A DNA stretch of 64,000 nt, from NCBI GenBank assembly GCA_965226495.1, contig OZ245365.1, forward strand, positions 1,472,001 through 1,536,000, in the 5' to 3' direction. The DNA is from Candidatus Marinacidobacterales bacterium. Its GTDB lineage: Bacteria > Acidobacteriota > Vicinamibacteria > Marinacidobacterales > DATDRI01. The notes under the pieces are model-generated. The model saw only the letters and a program-made list of their open reading frames with translations. It was not told the origin of the DNA and made no database searches. The position numbers and the translations under genes are program-made. This document shows positions 20,118 to 28,775 of this stretch, in pieces; position 1 is the first letter of the stretch, and each line of letters begins with the position of its first letter.

Positions 20118-21797
20118 ATGCGCGGGCGAACCCTAGCTTCTGCCGGCCTGGCTGTCTTTGTCGGTTGCGTTTCGTCAGAGCAGCCCGTTTCGAAGCGTCC
20201 CAACATCCTGCTGATCGTTGCCGACGACATGGGCTACTCCGACCTTGGCGCCTACGGCGGCGAGATTGCAACGCCGAACATCGACGCTTTGGCGCAATCC
20301 GGCGTTCAGTTCACCGAGTTCCACGTGGCGCCCAACTGCGGCCCCACGCGCGGCGCCATGCTGACCGGGGTCGACTATCACCGGGCTGGTCTCGGCGGTA
20401 ACGTCGAAGTAGCCGCCGAGAATCAGCGTGGGCAACCTGCGTATCAGGGCTACTTGAGGGATGATGTGGTCACCATGGCGGAGCTCCTTCGTCACGGGGG
20501 GTACCACACCTATATGACGGGGAAGTGGCACTTGGGGAGTGACGAACGGAATCGTCCAAGCGGGCGCGGCTTTGAGCAATCGTTCGCTTTGATGAACGGT
20601 GGAGCGAGCCATTGGTCCGACCAGGCAGCTCTCATCCCGGGCAGTGTTACGCGGTACATGCACAATGGCCAGCCGGTCTCGGAGTTGCCAGACGATTTCT
20701 ACTCCACGACGGCCTACACGAATCGGATGATCGAGTTCATCGATGAGAACGCAGGCGACGGGACACCGTTCTTTGGGTACCTGGCGTACACCGCACCGCA
20801 CAACCCACTGCACGTACCGGCCGAGCATATCGAGAAACACCGTGGGCGATACGATGGCGGGTGGGACGTACTAGCCCAGGAGCGGGTCGCGCGCCAGCGG
20901 GAGCTTGGCCTACTGGATGAATCAGACACGCCGCATCCTCGGCCGGAGTGGATCTCGGCCTGGGACGAGTTGACGGCAGAACAGCGAGCAGGGCGAGCCC
21001 GCGACATGGAAGTCTATGCTGCCATGATCGACTACATGGACCAGAGCGTCGGAAGGGTTCTCGATTACCTACGCGAGATCGGTGCTTACGACGATACGCT
21101 CATCGTCTTTATCTCCGACAACGGACCGAGTCGCACAACGATCCTGGATTACTTGGCTTTCGGTGGGGAAACCGCCGAGTTCTTCGCACGGTTCGACAAT
21201 AGTCTCGACAACAAGGGACTGCCGAACTCTTCCACCGACATCGGGCCCGGATGGGCGTACGCCGCGGCGGCTCCGTTTCGTTTGTTCAAAGGCTACGTGG
21301 CGCAGGGTGGTATCCAGGTGCCGGCTGTCGTCAAGTTGCCGGGCTCGATGGAAAAGGCCTCCACGAGGATCGGCGTACCGACCCACGTCATGGATCTCAT
21401 GCCGACGTTTCTCGAGGTCGCCGGGCAGACCCATCCGGAGACATTCATGGGCAATTCGATCGCACCTCTGCTGGGCGTTTCGCTGATACCATTGCTGACA
21501 GGAGATTCGGACGCGGCCTTCACCCAACGGGGATTGGGCTGGGAGGCGTATGGGATGGACGCCTACCGCCGCGGTGACTGGAAAGTACTCAGACTGCCGG
21601 AGCCCTACGGCAACGGCCAATGGCAGCTCTACAACCTAGCGGAAGATCCTGGTGAGGTGAACGACTTGTCGGGAGAGAATCCCCAACTAGTCAACGAGCT
21701 CGCTCGGGCCTGGGAAGGTTATGCCGAGGCCAATGGTATCATCCGACCCAATCAACCAGTCGCCTACGCGCGTCCGATCTCCGGCCGCAAGCACTGA
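20118..21797 (+). CDS. Arylsulfatase (Cys-type), probable lipoprotein
   Basis: PNILLIVADDMGYSD, CGPTRG (CxPxR), GKWHLG, APHNPL, SDNG; FVGC lipobox-like. Confidence 0.92.
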   Translation: MRGRTLASAGLAVFVGCVSSEQPVSKRPNILLIVADDMGYSDLGAYGGEIATPNIDALAQSGVQFTEFHVAPNCGPTRGAMLTGVDYHRAGLGGNVEVAAENQRGQPAYQGYLRDDVVTMAELLRHGGYHTYMTGKWHLGSDERNRPSGRGFEQSFALMNGGASHWSDQAALIPGSVTRYMHNGQPVSELPDDFYSTTAYTNRMIEFIDENAGDGTPFFGYLAYTAPHNPLHVPAEHIEKHRGRYDGGWDVLAQERVARQRELGLLDESDTPHPRPEWISAWDELTAEQRAGRARDMEVYAAMIDYMDQSVGRVLDYLREIGAYDDTLIVFISDNGPSRTTILDYLAFGGETAEFFARFDNSLDNKGLPNSSTDIGPGWAYAAAAPFRLFKGYVAQGGIQVPAVVKLPGSMEKASTRIGVPTHVMDLMPTFLEVAGQTHPETFMGNSIAPLLGVSLIPLLTGDSDAAFTQRGLGWEAYGMDAYRRGDWKVLRLPEPYGNGQWQLYNLAEDPGEVNDLSGENPQLVNELARAWEGYAEANGIIRPNQPVAYARPISGRKH

Positions 21798-21803
21798 GGT
21801 TAC

Positions 21804-22661
21804 ATGGAAAAGGAGGTTCCCTATATGACGAGCCGAACAATCTTCATTTGGAGTGCGGTCCTGGCAGCGATGGTGCTGTTCAACGGCAACGCGCAGCCGT
21901 TTCCCGCCCCGCCCGGCGCTACTTCTCAGGCTGGCGTTGGAGATACCGAGGAGGTGGACGCAGACGCAGATCGCATCCTGCGCGAGATGGGCGACTACTT
22001 GAAGTCGGCCGAAGAGTTCAGCTTCAAGGCTGACGTTGCCTACGACGAGATTGAGGGAGGGCAGAAGATCCTATTTGGTGGCGTCGCGCACATAGCCATC
22101 CGTCGCCCCAACCGATTGAACGTCGAGTTCAAGGGTGACGAACGGCAGAGTCGAGTCGTCTTCGACGGTAAGACGGTGACGCTCCACAACGTTGCCAAGA
22201 ACGTGTACGCGGTGGCGGAAGCCCCACCCGAGATCGACGCCGCGCTCGACCGCTTCTTCGAGGTGTACGGTTCTTCCGTCCCGATAGCGGATCTCGTCTA
22301 TGCGGACCCCTATCGCACGCTCATCGAGAACGTCGAAGACGGATTCGTGGTGGGCCAACACCCGGTGAACGGGATCCTGTGCCATCACCTGGCCTTTTGG
22401 CAGGAGGGGATCGACTGGCAGATCTGGATCGAGGTCGGACCGCGACCAGTGCCAAGGAAGCTGGTCATCACGTACAAGGACGAGCCGGGCTCGCCACAAT
22501 ACATCGCCGAGCTCTCGGGCTGGGACTTCCACCCTCGGCTATCGGATCATTACTTCACGTTTCGTCCACCCGCGGGATCGGACGAGATCGAATTCCTGCC
22601 ATCTCAAGAACGTATTCAGCCAAGTGAGCCTATTGAGCCTAGCGAGGAGGACAAGCCATGA
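21804..22661 (+). CDS. DUF2092-like periplasmic protein
   Basis: Signal peptide; RRPNRL, FDGKTVTL, CHHLAF, DWQIWIE, PRKLVIT pattern. Confidence 0.75.
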   Translation: MEKEVPYMTSRTIFIWSAVLAAMVLFNGNAQPFPAPPGATSQAGVGDTEEVDADADRILREMGDYLKSAEEFSFKADVAYDEIEGGQKILFGGVAHIAIRRPNRLNVEFKGDERQSRVVFDGKTVTLHNVAKNVYAVAEAPPEIDAALDRFFEVYGSSVPIADLVYADPYRTLIENVEDGFVVGQHPVNGILCHHLAFWQEGIDWQIWIEVGPRPVPRKLVITYKDEPGSPQYIAELSGWDFHPRLSDHYFTFRPPAGSDEIEFLPSQERIQPSEPIEPSEEDKP

Positions 22662-23527
22662 AGAAGAGACAAAAGACCACGAGAGTCCGCCGCCCCTTGG
22701 TGTTCGTGTTCGCGGCCCTGATGGTTGGGGGCGCGTTGCTTCCGGAGCTAGCCTCTGCGCAGAGGAGAAACGGGAGCGTTCGTCATTCCAGCAAAACCGG
22801 CCCGAAAGGCAACACGCGGACCAGCACGACCCGAACGACGAGCCGAGGCCGAGGCACAGCTCGGGCGCCTGCAACCCGGTCGTCCGCCCGCGCCGGCTAT
22901 CGCGCCGGCGCTCGTACCGGGTATCGGCACGGGAGCTACCACGGTTGGCACAATGCCAGGAATAACTACTGGCGGTGGCGCACCGTGACCGGTCTGTTCA
23001 AGTTGGGCGTCTATGCGGCGACCCGACCCAAGCAGTCGACGACGGTGGTCGTGACCGGATCGACTTACTACTACTCGGGCGGGGTCTACTACATGTCATC
23101 GGGGAGCGGCTACGTCGTCGTCGCGCCTCCGCCAGGCGCGGTCGTGTACTCGGTGCCGACGTATTCAACCGTGGTCTATGTCGGGACCACCGAGTACGTC
23201 TACGTCAGCGGAGCGTACTACGTCCCGACCACGAAGCCGGCGGAACAGCCTCCCCCGCCCGATCCCAACGCGACCCAGACAGCCGCTTCGCCAGAGGAGG
23301 CGAAGGATCCTTCCGAGATTACGATGAAGGAGGGGGGCGAAGATCAGAACTACGAGGTCATTGCTGCACCGGTGGGTGCTACCGTGCCCTACCTTCCGGA
23401 AGAGGCGAAGGAGAAAACCGTAGGCGGGAAGAAGTACTTCGTCTACAGTGATACGTACTATCGCGCCTTCGCGAGCGATGGCGACACCGTCTACATGGTG
23501 GTTGAGGATCCCAGTAAGCAGGCTTGA
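22658..23527 (+). CDS. DUF6515-like Tyr/Val-rich secreted protein
   Basis: Signal region, Arg-rich linker, repeated YYY..GVYY..GYVVVAPPPGA modules; ATGA overlap with upstream gene. Confidence 0.6.
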   Translation: MKKRQKTTRVRRPLVFVFAALMVGGALLPELASAQRRNGSVRHSSKTGPKGNTRTSTTRTTSRGRGTARAPATRSSARAGYRAGARTGYRHGSYHGWHNARNNYWRWRTVTGLFKLGVYAATRPKQSTTVVVTGSTYYYSGGVYYMSSGSGYVVVAPPPGAVVYSVPTYSTVVYVGTTEYVYVSGAYYVPTTKPAEQPPPPDPNATQTAASPEEAKDPSEITMKEGGEDQNYEVIAAPVGATVPYLPEEAKEKTVGGKKYFVYSDTYYRAFASDGDTVYMVVEDPSKQA

Positions 23528-23653
23528 GCGAGCTCAAGGGAAGTGTGCCGGCTACTGTGACCAGTCGAACGCCAACGTGGAAGGGAACTCATCATTAGCG
23601 CCAACTGGGCCAACTGGGCCAACTGGGAGTGAGCCGGCCAGGGCAGAACGAAG

Positions 23654-24430
23654 ATGTTGTACGATCACATCCTTGACGACGTTCCCATTGGGGCGGTGTA
23701 TGTCGGCGCCGTTCTGCTTTTCCTTTTTTCGGTCGAGGCCGCCTATCAATTAGGGCGGCGGCGGCCGGGCTCCGACGCGTCGCAAAGCGGTATCGCCCTA
23801 GGCGCCATGTTCGCGCTCGTTGGATTCTTACTCGCCTTTACATTTGGAATGGCCGGAACGCAGTACGATGCTCGCAGACGATTGGTGATCGAGGATGCCA
23901 ACGCCATTGGTACCACGTATTTACGCGCGGGGCCGCTGCCGGAACCCCATCGCTCGAAAATCCGTAATTGGTTGCGCGAGTACGTCGCCGACCGGCACGT
24001 TGTCAATATTGAGACCGTGGAGCAACTGGCGGCACGTTCCAAACAACTGCAGCAGCGACTCTGGGCCGAGGCGACGGCGGTGGCCCAAGCGCATCCCACC
24101 CCTATCGTCTCGCTCTTCATCCAGTCGCTAAACGATATGTTCGACCTTCACACCAAACGAATATCCGTGACCCTTTGGACCCGCATCCCGCCCATGATTT
24201 TCGCTACGCTTGCCTTGCTATCCATGCTAGTCATGGCGTTAGTGGGGTACGTGCTGGGCCTGGCTGGTCGCCGTCACGTTTTTTCGACCTCGCTGCTGGT
24301 TGTGACATACGCCACGGTTTTCTTGATGGTCATCGATCTGGATCGTCCCGAGCAAGGAATGTTTCAGGTGAGTCAGCAGCCCATGATCGACGTCCGCGAT
24401 AGCATGGCTGCCTCGACGGAGCCGCGATGA
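23654..24430 (+). CDS. DUF4239 / bestrophin-like membrane protein
   Basis: LVGFLLAFTFGMA..YDARR, DANAIGT, SLNDMFD, IDLDRP. Confidence 0.75.
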   Translation: MLYDHILDDVPIGAVYVGAVLLFLFSVEAAYQLGRRRPGSDASQSGIALGAMFALVGFLLAFTFGMAGTQYDARRRLVIEDANAIGTTYLRAGPLPEPHRSKIRNWLREYVADRHVVNIETVEQLAARSKQLQQRLWAEATAVAQAHPTPIVSLFIQSLNDMFDLHTKRISVTLWTRIPPMIFATLALLSMLVMALVGYVLGLAGRRHVFSTSLLVVTYATVFLMVIDLDRPEQGMFQVSQQPMIDVRDSMAASTEPR

Positions 24431-24568
24431 AGAACGCAAGAACCGGCATCGCTGGAGGCGCCCGACGTTCGGCCGGCGGCTAGGTACAAGTGGAAACTCG
24501 ACCGCAAGTTGGAGAGAGTTTATCGTGACGGGCAGTGGGTCTTGCTAATTTCATGGAAGCAGCAAAAG

Positions 24569-25174
24569 ATGAAGAATTGTAAATCGTTTCGCAGTGCTAT
24601 TCTTATCGGGGCGCTAGCCATAGCGGCAGGGCTACCCTACACGGCCACGGCTCGGGGGGCTCAGAACGAAGAGCTCAAGAAGATGACCGGGGAGGTCGTG
24701 AATACGATCGCCAACTTGCCGGACTATACCGCGTATGACTGGCTCACCTTCTCAATCGCTGACGGCGTCGTTACATTGAGTGGGTTCTCCACCACGACTC
24801 GCCTTCGTAGCAATGCCCCAGATGCAGTTAAAAAAGTGGGAGGCGTCAAGGAAGTCAAGAGCGAGATTGAGTATACTCGGGGACCAAAGTCAGACGAACA
24901 ACTACGGCGCGGGATCTATAAGGCTAACTATGTCACTTACCTCCAGTCCTACGGCAAGGAAGCGATGTATTTCGCCGCGGGTGCGCAGACGGCGCTGCCG
25001 CGAGGTCCTCACCCTATCCACATCCTCGTCTTGAAGGGCGATGTTACCCTCAGGGGTTACGTGCACTCCGAGGAAGACAAAGAGGAAGCGTCCAAGGCCG
25101 TCAACAATTCCGTGGGGGGCATGGTGAAGTCGCTCAAGAATGAGCTCGTTGTGAAGCCCAAGCAGTCCGAGTAG
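24569..25174 (+). CDS. BON-domain periplasmic protein
   Basis: Signal peptide; DGVVTLSG and GDVTLRGYV..VKSLKNELVV. Confidence 0.75.
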   Translation: MKNCKSFRSAILIGALAIAAGLPYTATARGAQNEELKKMTGEVVNTIANLPDYTAYDWLTFSIADGVVTLSGFSTTTRLRSNAPDAVKKVGGVKEVKSEIEYTRGPKSDEQLRRGIYKANYVTYLQSYGKEAMYFAAGAQTALPRGPHPIHILVLKGDVTLRGYVHSEEDKEEASKAVNNSVGGMVKSLKNELVVKPKQSE

Positions 25175-25247
25175 ACGGAAAATCGAAGCGAACGACACAA
25201 ATCGTCCCACCACGACGGAGAACTCCGTCCAATAAAGGAGTCGGACA

Positions 25248-25932
25248 ATGTTTACGGTCACTGGATGTAGAGCGTTAGCGGCCACGTTTTTTCTTCTAAC
25301 GGCTAGCACACTTGCTTTGGCAGACGAGGAGGAGGTTCTGAGCGAAGAGTCTCGTGTCGAGACGAGCGAGGTTGAGAGTGTCGAGTCGAGCCCCGAGGCG
25401 CTCGCCTTCGTTCAGGCGAAGCCCATGCCGGAGGACGATGAGTGGCATTTTGTTGCCGTTCCCTACCTTTGGATCGTTGACACGGCCGGTACTCGGTCTC
25501 AAGCTTCTGTTCTGGGAATCGTGGCCCTACTACCGACTTGGCGGGGGGAAAAACGTCTTCGACGTGATCGGTGGCATTCGTTACTACCGCATCACGAACA
25601 CCCTCGACTTTAGTCAAATTGGCGGTCCGACCCAGGACCTATCGGTCGACTGGGTGGACCCCATCGTGGGTGGGCGTTTTATCGGCCAGGTGCATCCGAA
25701 AGTGCGTGTGACGGCTCGAGCGGACTTCGGTGGCTTCGGGGTCGGTGCAGAACTGACGACGAATCTTCAGGGTGGTGTCGCGATTACATTGAAAGAAAAA
25801 TTCCTTCTTGTCTTTCAGTACCGCTGGATGGACATCGATTACACACAAGGCGAGACCCGTTTCAACCGCAATTTCTTCGAATATGACGCGACATCGCAGG
25901 GGGCCCTCATCGGATTCGGCTTCGAGTTCTGA
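25248..25932 (+). pseudogene. Outer-membrane beta-barrel protein, frameshifted/deleted near 25490-25530
   Basis: N-part (signal peptide, WHFVAVPYLW) and C-part (WVDPIVGGR, RADFGGFG, terminal FGFEF) in different frames. Confidence 0.7.
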
Positions 25933-26106
25933 CTTGCTGTCGGTGGGGCAGCGCGCACGCCGGACGGTCGGGTCTACCGTTCGCGCTCCTGTGACTCTGC
26001 TGACTGTATTACCCTGATATAGTGCCGCACCGATTGGACATTGCGGGAAGAAGAAAACGCGAAGCAAGATGGAGGTCCTCGATGAGTTGCGCATGCCTGT
26101 GCTGGA

Positions 26107-26987
26107 TGGTGCTCACGGTTAACACCTTGATTCCAGTATCCTTGGCCCGCGGGCAAGAGCAAGAACCGGAGCAGAAGACGGAAGAGCCGGAAAAAAAGGA
26201 CCCCGGCTGGTCCAACGTGGCCGACGTGGGGGTCGTGGCGCTAGCAGGGAATACTTCGTCGATTACGTTTCAGATCGATAACAAGCTCCGGTACCGAACG
26301 GAGAAACAGGAGTGGACGCTCTGGGCAGGTGGTCTCAAGATCGAGCCGGCGCAGAGACCCATTGCGGTCGGCACCGTCGATGGTTTCGCTGTCGTCGAGC
26401 CGTCGCGTTTCGTGGCGGCCGCGCGGTACTACATCGCTTCTCGCTTTGAGAGGAAAATAAAGAAGAACTTTTTCGGTGTAGGCGGCGGTGGCTGGAGCCG
26501 CGATCAGAACGCAGGAATCGAGAACCTTCTCAGCCTATATGGAGGAGTGGGCAACGTCTGGCTCGATCGCTCCGAGCACAATCTTCGCACCGATTACGCG
26601 ATCGCATTCACGCATCGAGTAGAAGACATCCCCGATCCGGCAAAGGAAGAGCGCTATCCTGAGGCTCGATTCGCCATGGAATACGTTATCGGATTCGGCA
26701 AACATGCCAAGTTCAATAGCAACTTCATTTTTCACACCCACATCGGGGAAGCCGCCGACTATCGGTTCACCCTTAGCAACTCAGTCACCGCCAGCCTGAC
26801 CAACATCTTCTCGCTAAGGGGAAGTCTGCAGCTCTTCTACTTTAACCAGCCGTCGCTCGAAGAGATATCGCTCTACAGCGTTCCTCCGGATCAAGGAGGC
26901 GTGGCGGACGGCACGGTTCTCATCCAACGCGAAAAGCTCGACATGTCGTTGAAGCTTTCGTTAGTCGTTACCTTCTGGGGTTCTTAG
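26107..26987 (+). CDS. DUF481-like outer-membrane beta-barrel protein
   Basis: GWSNVADVGVVALAGNTSS, alternating beta-strands, aromatic C-terminus; start uncertain (26022-26107). Confidence 0.65.
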
Positions 26988-27109
26988 CCTCAAGAGTAGT
27001 TGTTTTTCCTATATCAAAATATTCACTAAGGCCCCGGAGCAAGCTTGATGAGAGAATTACAAGACAATTTTTGTGAACGGTCCCCATCGGCGGGGGCGCC
27101 GGCAAGCTG

Positions 27110-27325
27110 GTCAAAGTGGGCAGGCGTGGCATCGACCTTCAAGTTTCCGCCTTCTACAACGTCGTCCATCCGGAGGCCCGGCCGCACGCGGACTGGACCT
27201 TGCGAATACAGCTTCAGTTCCTATTCGCGAGTTAATCCCAGTGACGTGCCACCGACTTCGGTCGGCACTGCGCCGGTAGAAGTTCTGACCATGATTGTTC
27301 ATGGCATGACGTCTGGCTCAACGCC
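27110..27325 (-). mobile_element. Probable 5' remnant of a group II intron (domain I)
   Basis: Minus strand CATGCCATGAACAATCATGG..CAGTGCCGACCGAAGTCGGTGGCACGTCACTGGGATTAAC..GAACTGAAGCT; nested hairpin; resemblance recalled from memory; no RT ORF or domain V seen. Confidence 0.4.
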
Positions 27326-27342
27326 GCTGTCCGTCGTTGATT

Positions 27343-27900
27343 AATCCGTGAGTGGATAGTGGAGCTCCGCGCCCACCAGGTGCGCCGGATGGCGCCGGGC
27401 TTCGGACGAAACTTCGTCACGCGGCCGTTGAAGACCGAGGCGGAGTACAAGTTCCCCTCCTCATCAGCTGAAAAGCTGGTGCTCACCATTCAGGTATCCA
27501 AGGCCTCCGCCCGAGGTGCCCCAACCGTAGAGGAGCTTGCCGTTCAGGTCGTAAGTGAGGATCTTCTGGGTCACGCCAATCGATGTCGGTCGGCCGCGAG
27601 AAGTGATTACCATCCCTCCCCGCTACACCCCTCTCGCCGAGCGTCATTACCAGATCGCCGTCATTCGTGAACTTGTGGATGAGGTGCAGGTTGTCGTCGA
27701 TCACCCAGACGTGCTTGTCGGGATCGTAGGGGCTCATCTTGATCTTGTGCGGCCCGCGCCCGCCCGGCACATCGAAGAGCTGGCCGTGCTGGGTCCACGC
27801 CTCGACCATCTTGCCGTTGCGATCCACGACGAAGATGCAATGTTCGTAGCGCAGTCGCGCGGCGTCTTCAATCAAGTTTCGTGGTTGCTTCACCGAACGT
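27343..27900 (-). pseudogene. NHL-repeat (PAL-like) protein fragments
   Basis: RGPHKIKMSPYDPDKHVWVIDD..FSRPTDIDW, then frame changes to DEEGNLYSASVFNGRVTKFRPKPGA; no intact N-terminus. Confidence 0.7.
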
Positions 27901-27973
27901 CCCTGAACACAAGTACTTACACGCATCTTGTCAGTGGGGGAGAGTTGCTCTCGGAAGACATATGGACTATGGC

Positions 27974-28008
27974 TTGATCGACTGTTTTAAAAAGGCTATT
28001 ATAGCTTT
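27974..28008 (+). promoter_or_regulatory. Leaderless sigma70 promoter with overlapping palindrome (TA operator)
   Basis: TTGATC-17 bp-TATTAT, 6 nt before ATG 28009; GCTAT-T-ATAGC palindrome on the -10. Confidence 0.6.
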
Positions 28009-28308
28009 ATGAAAGTAGCTACAATATCCCAAACGAAAAATCAGCTCAGTGCTTTGCTGGACCGGGTTCGTCACGGAGAAACCATCCTCATTGTGGACCG
28101 CGACCGTCCGGTAGCTCGGTTAGAACCTGTCGTAACAGCCGAGGAAGGCGACGAAGACGGACGTCTATCTCGATTGGAACGGGCGGGTTTGATTCGCCGC
28201 GGCCGTGGCTCGGCGGGCCAGGAGGTTTTGAAAAACCGCCCGCCGAAGGCCGTGAAAGATGGCGACATTCTTCAAGCGCTTCTGGCCGATCGCGAGGAGG
28301 GACGGTGA
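28009..28308 (+). CDS. Phd/YefM-family antitoxin
   Basis: ISQTKNQLSALLDRVRHGETILIVDRDRPVARLEP. Confidence 0.9.
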   Translation: MKVATISQTKNQLSALLDRVRHGETILIVDRDRPVARLEPVVTAEEGDEDGRLSRLERAGLIRRGRGSAGQEVLKNRPPKAVKDGDILQALLADREEGR

Positions 28309-28730
28309 AGTTCTGGGACAGCTCTGCGGTGGTTCCGCTATTGGTTCAGCAGAGTGCGTCGCCGGCAGTCGAGGCGTATTTCCGAGAAGACCCCGGTCTC
28401 ATCGTTTGGTGGGCAACAAGGGTCGAATGCGATTCAGCGATCGCTCGCTTGGAGCGGGAGCGCAAGCTGTCACCGAAGAGTACCGATGAGGCCTTCCGTC
28501 GTCTCGACGCGATCTCCTCCCTCTGGCACGAGGTTCAGCCAGTAGATGTTCTTCGGGAGGCCGCTCGTCGAGTGCTCCGGCTACACAGCTTGAGAGCAGG
28601 TGACTCTTTGCAGCTAGCGGCAGCATTCATGGCTGCTGAGAACCGGCCATCGACTCTAGAGTTCGTTTGTTTGGACGACCGACTCGGAGGGGCTGCCCGG
28701 CGCGAGGGTTTCCAGGTGTTGGGAGTCTAG
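28305..28730 (+). CDS. vapC: VapC PIN-domain toxin
   Basis: FWDSSAVV, TRVEC, LRAGDSLQLA, CLDDRL; GTGA overlap with antitoxin. Confidence 0.9.
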   Translation: MKFWDSSAVVPLLVQQSASPAVEAYFREDPGLIVWWATRVECDSAIARLERERKLSPKSTDEAFRRLDAISSLWHEVQPVDVLREAARRVLRLHSLRAGDSLQLAAAFMAAENRPSTLEFVCLDDRLGGAARREGFQVLGV

Positions 28731-28775
28731 AACTCCCATCACTCCTCCTCGAATCGGGCTAGAATAAGCCTACCC

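Noticed and set aside
23601-23627. CCAACTGGG x3 tandem repeat
   Set aside because: Too short and no evidence of function
16500-28775. Prophage or integrative element call for the TA-flanked block
   Set aside because: No integrase, tRNA, att repeats or phage genes seen
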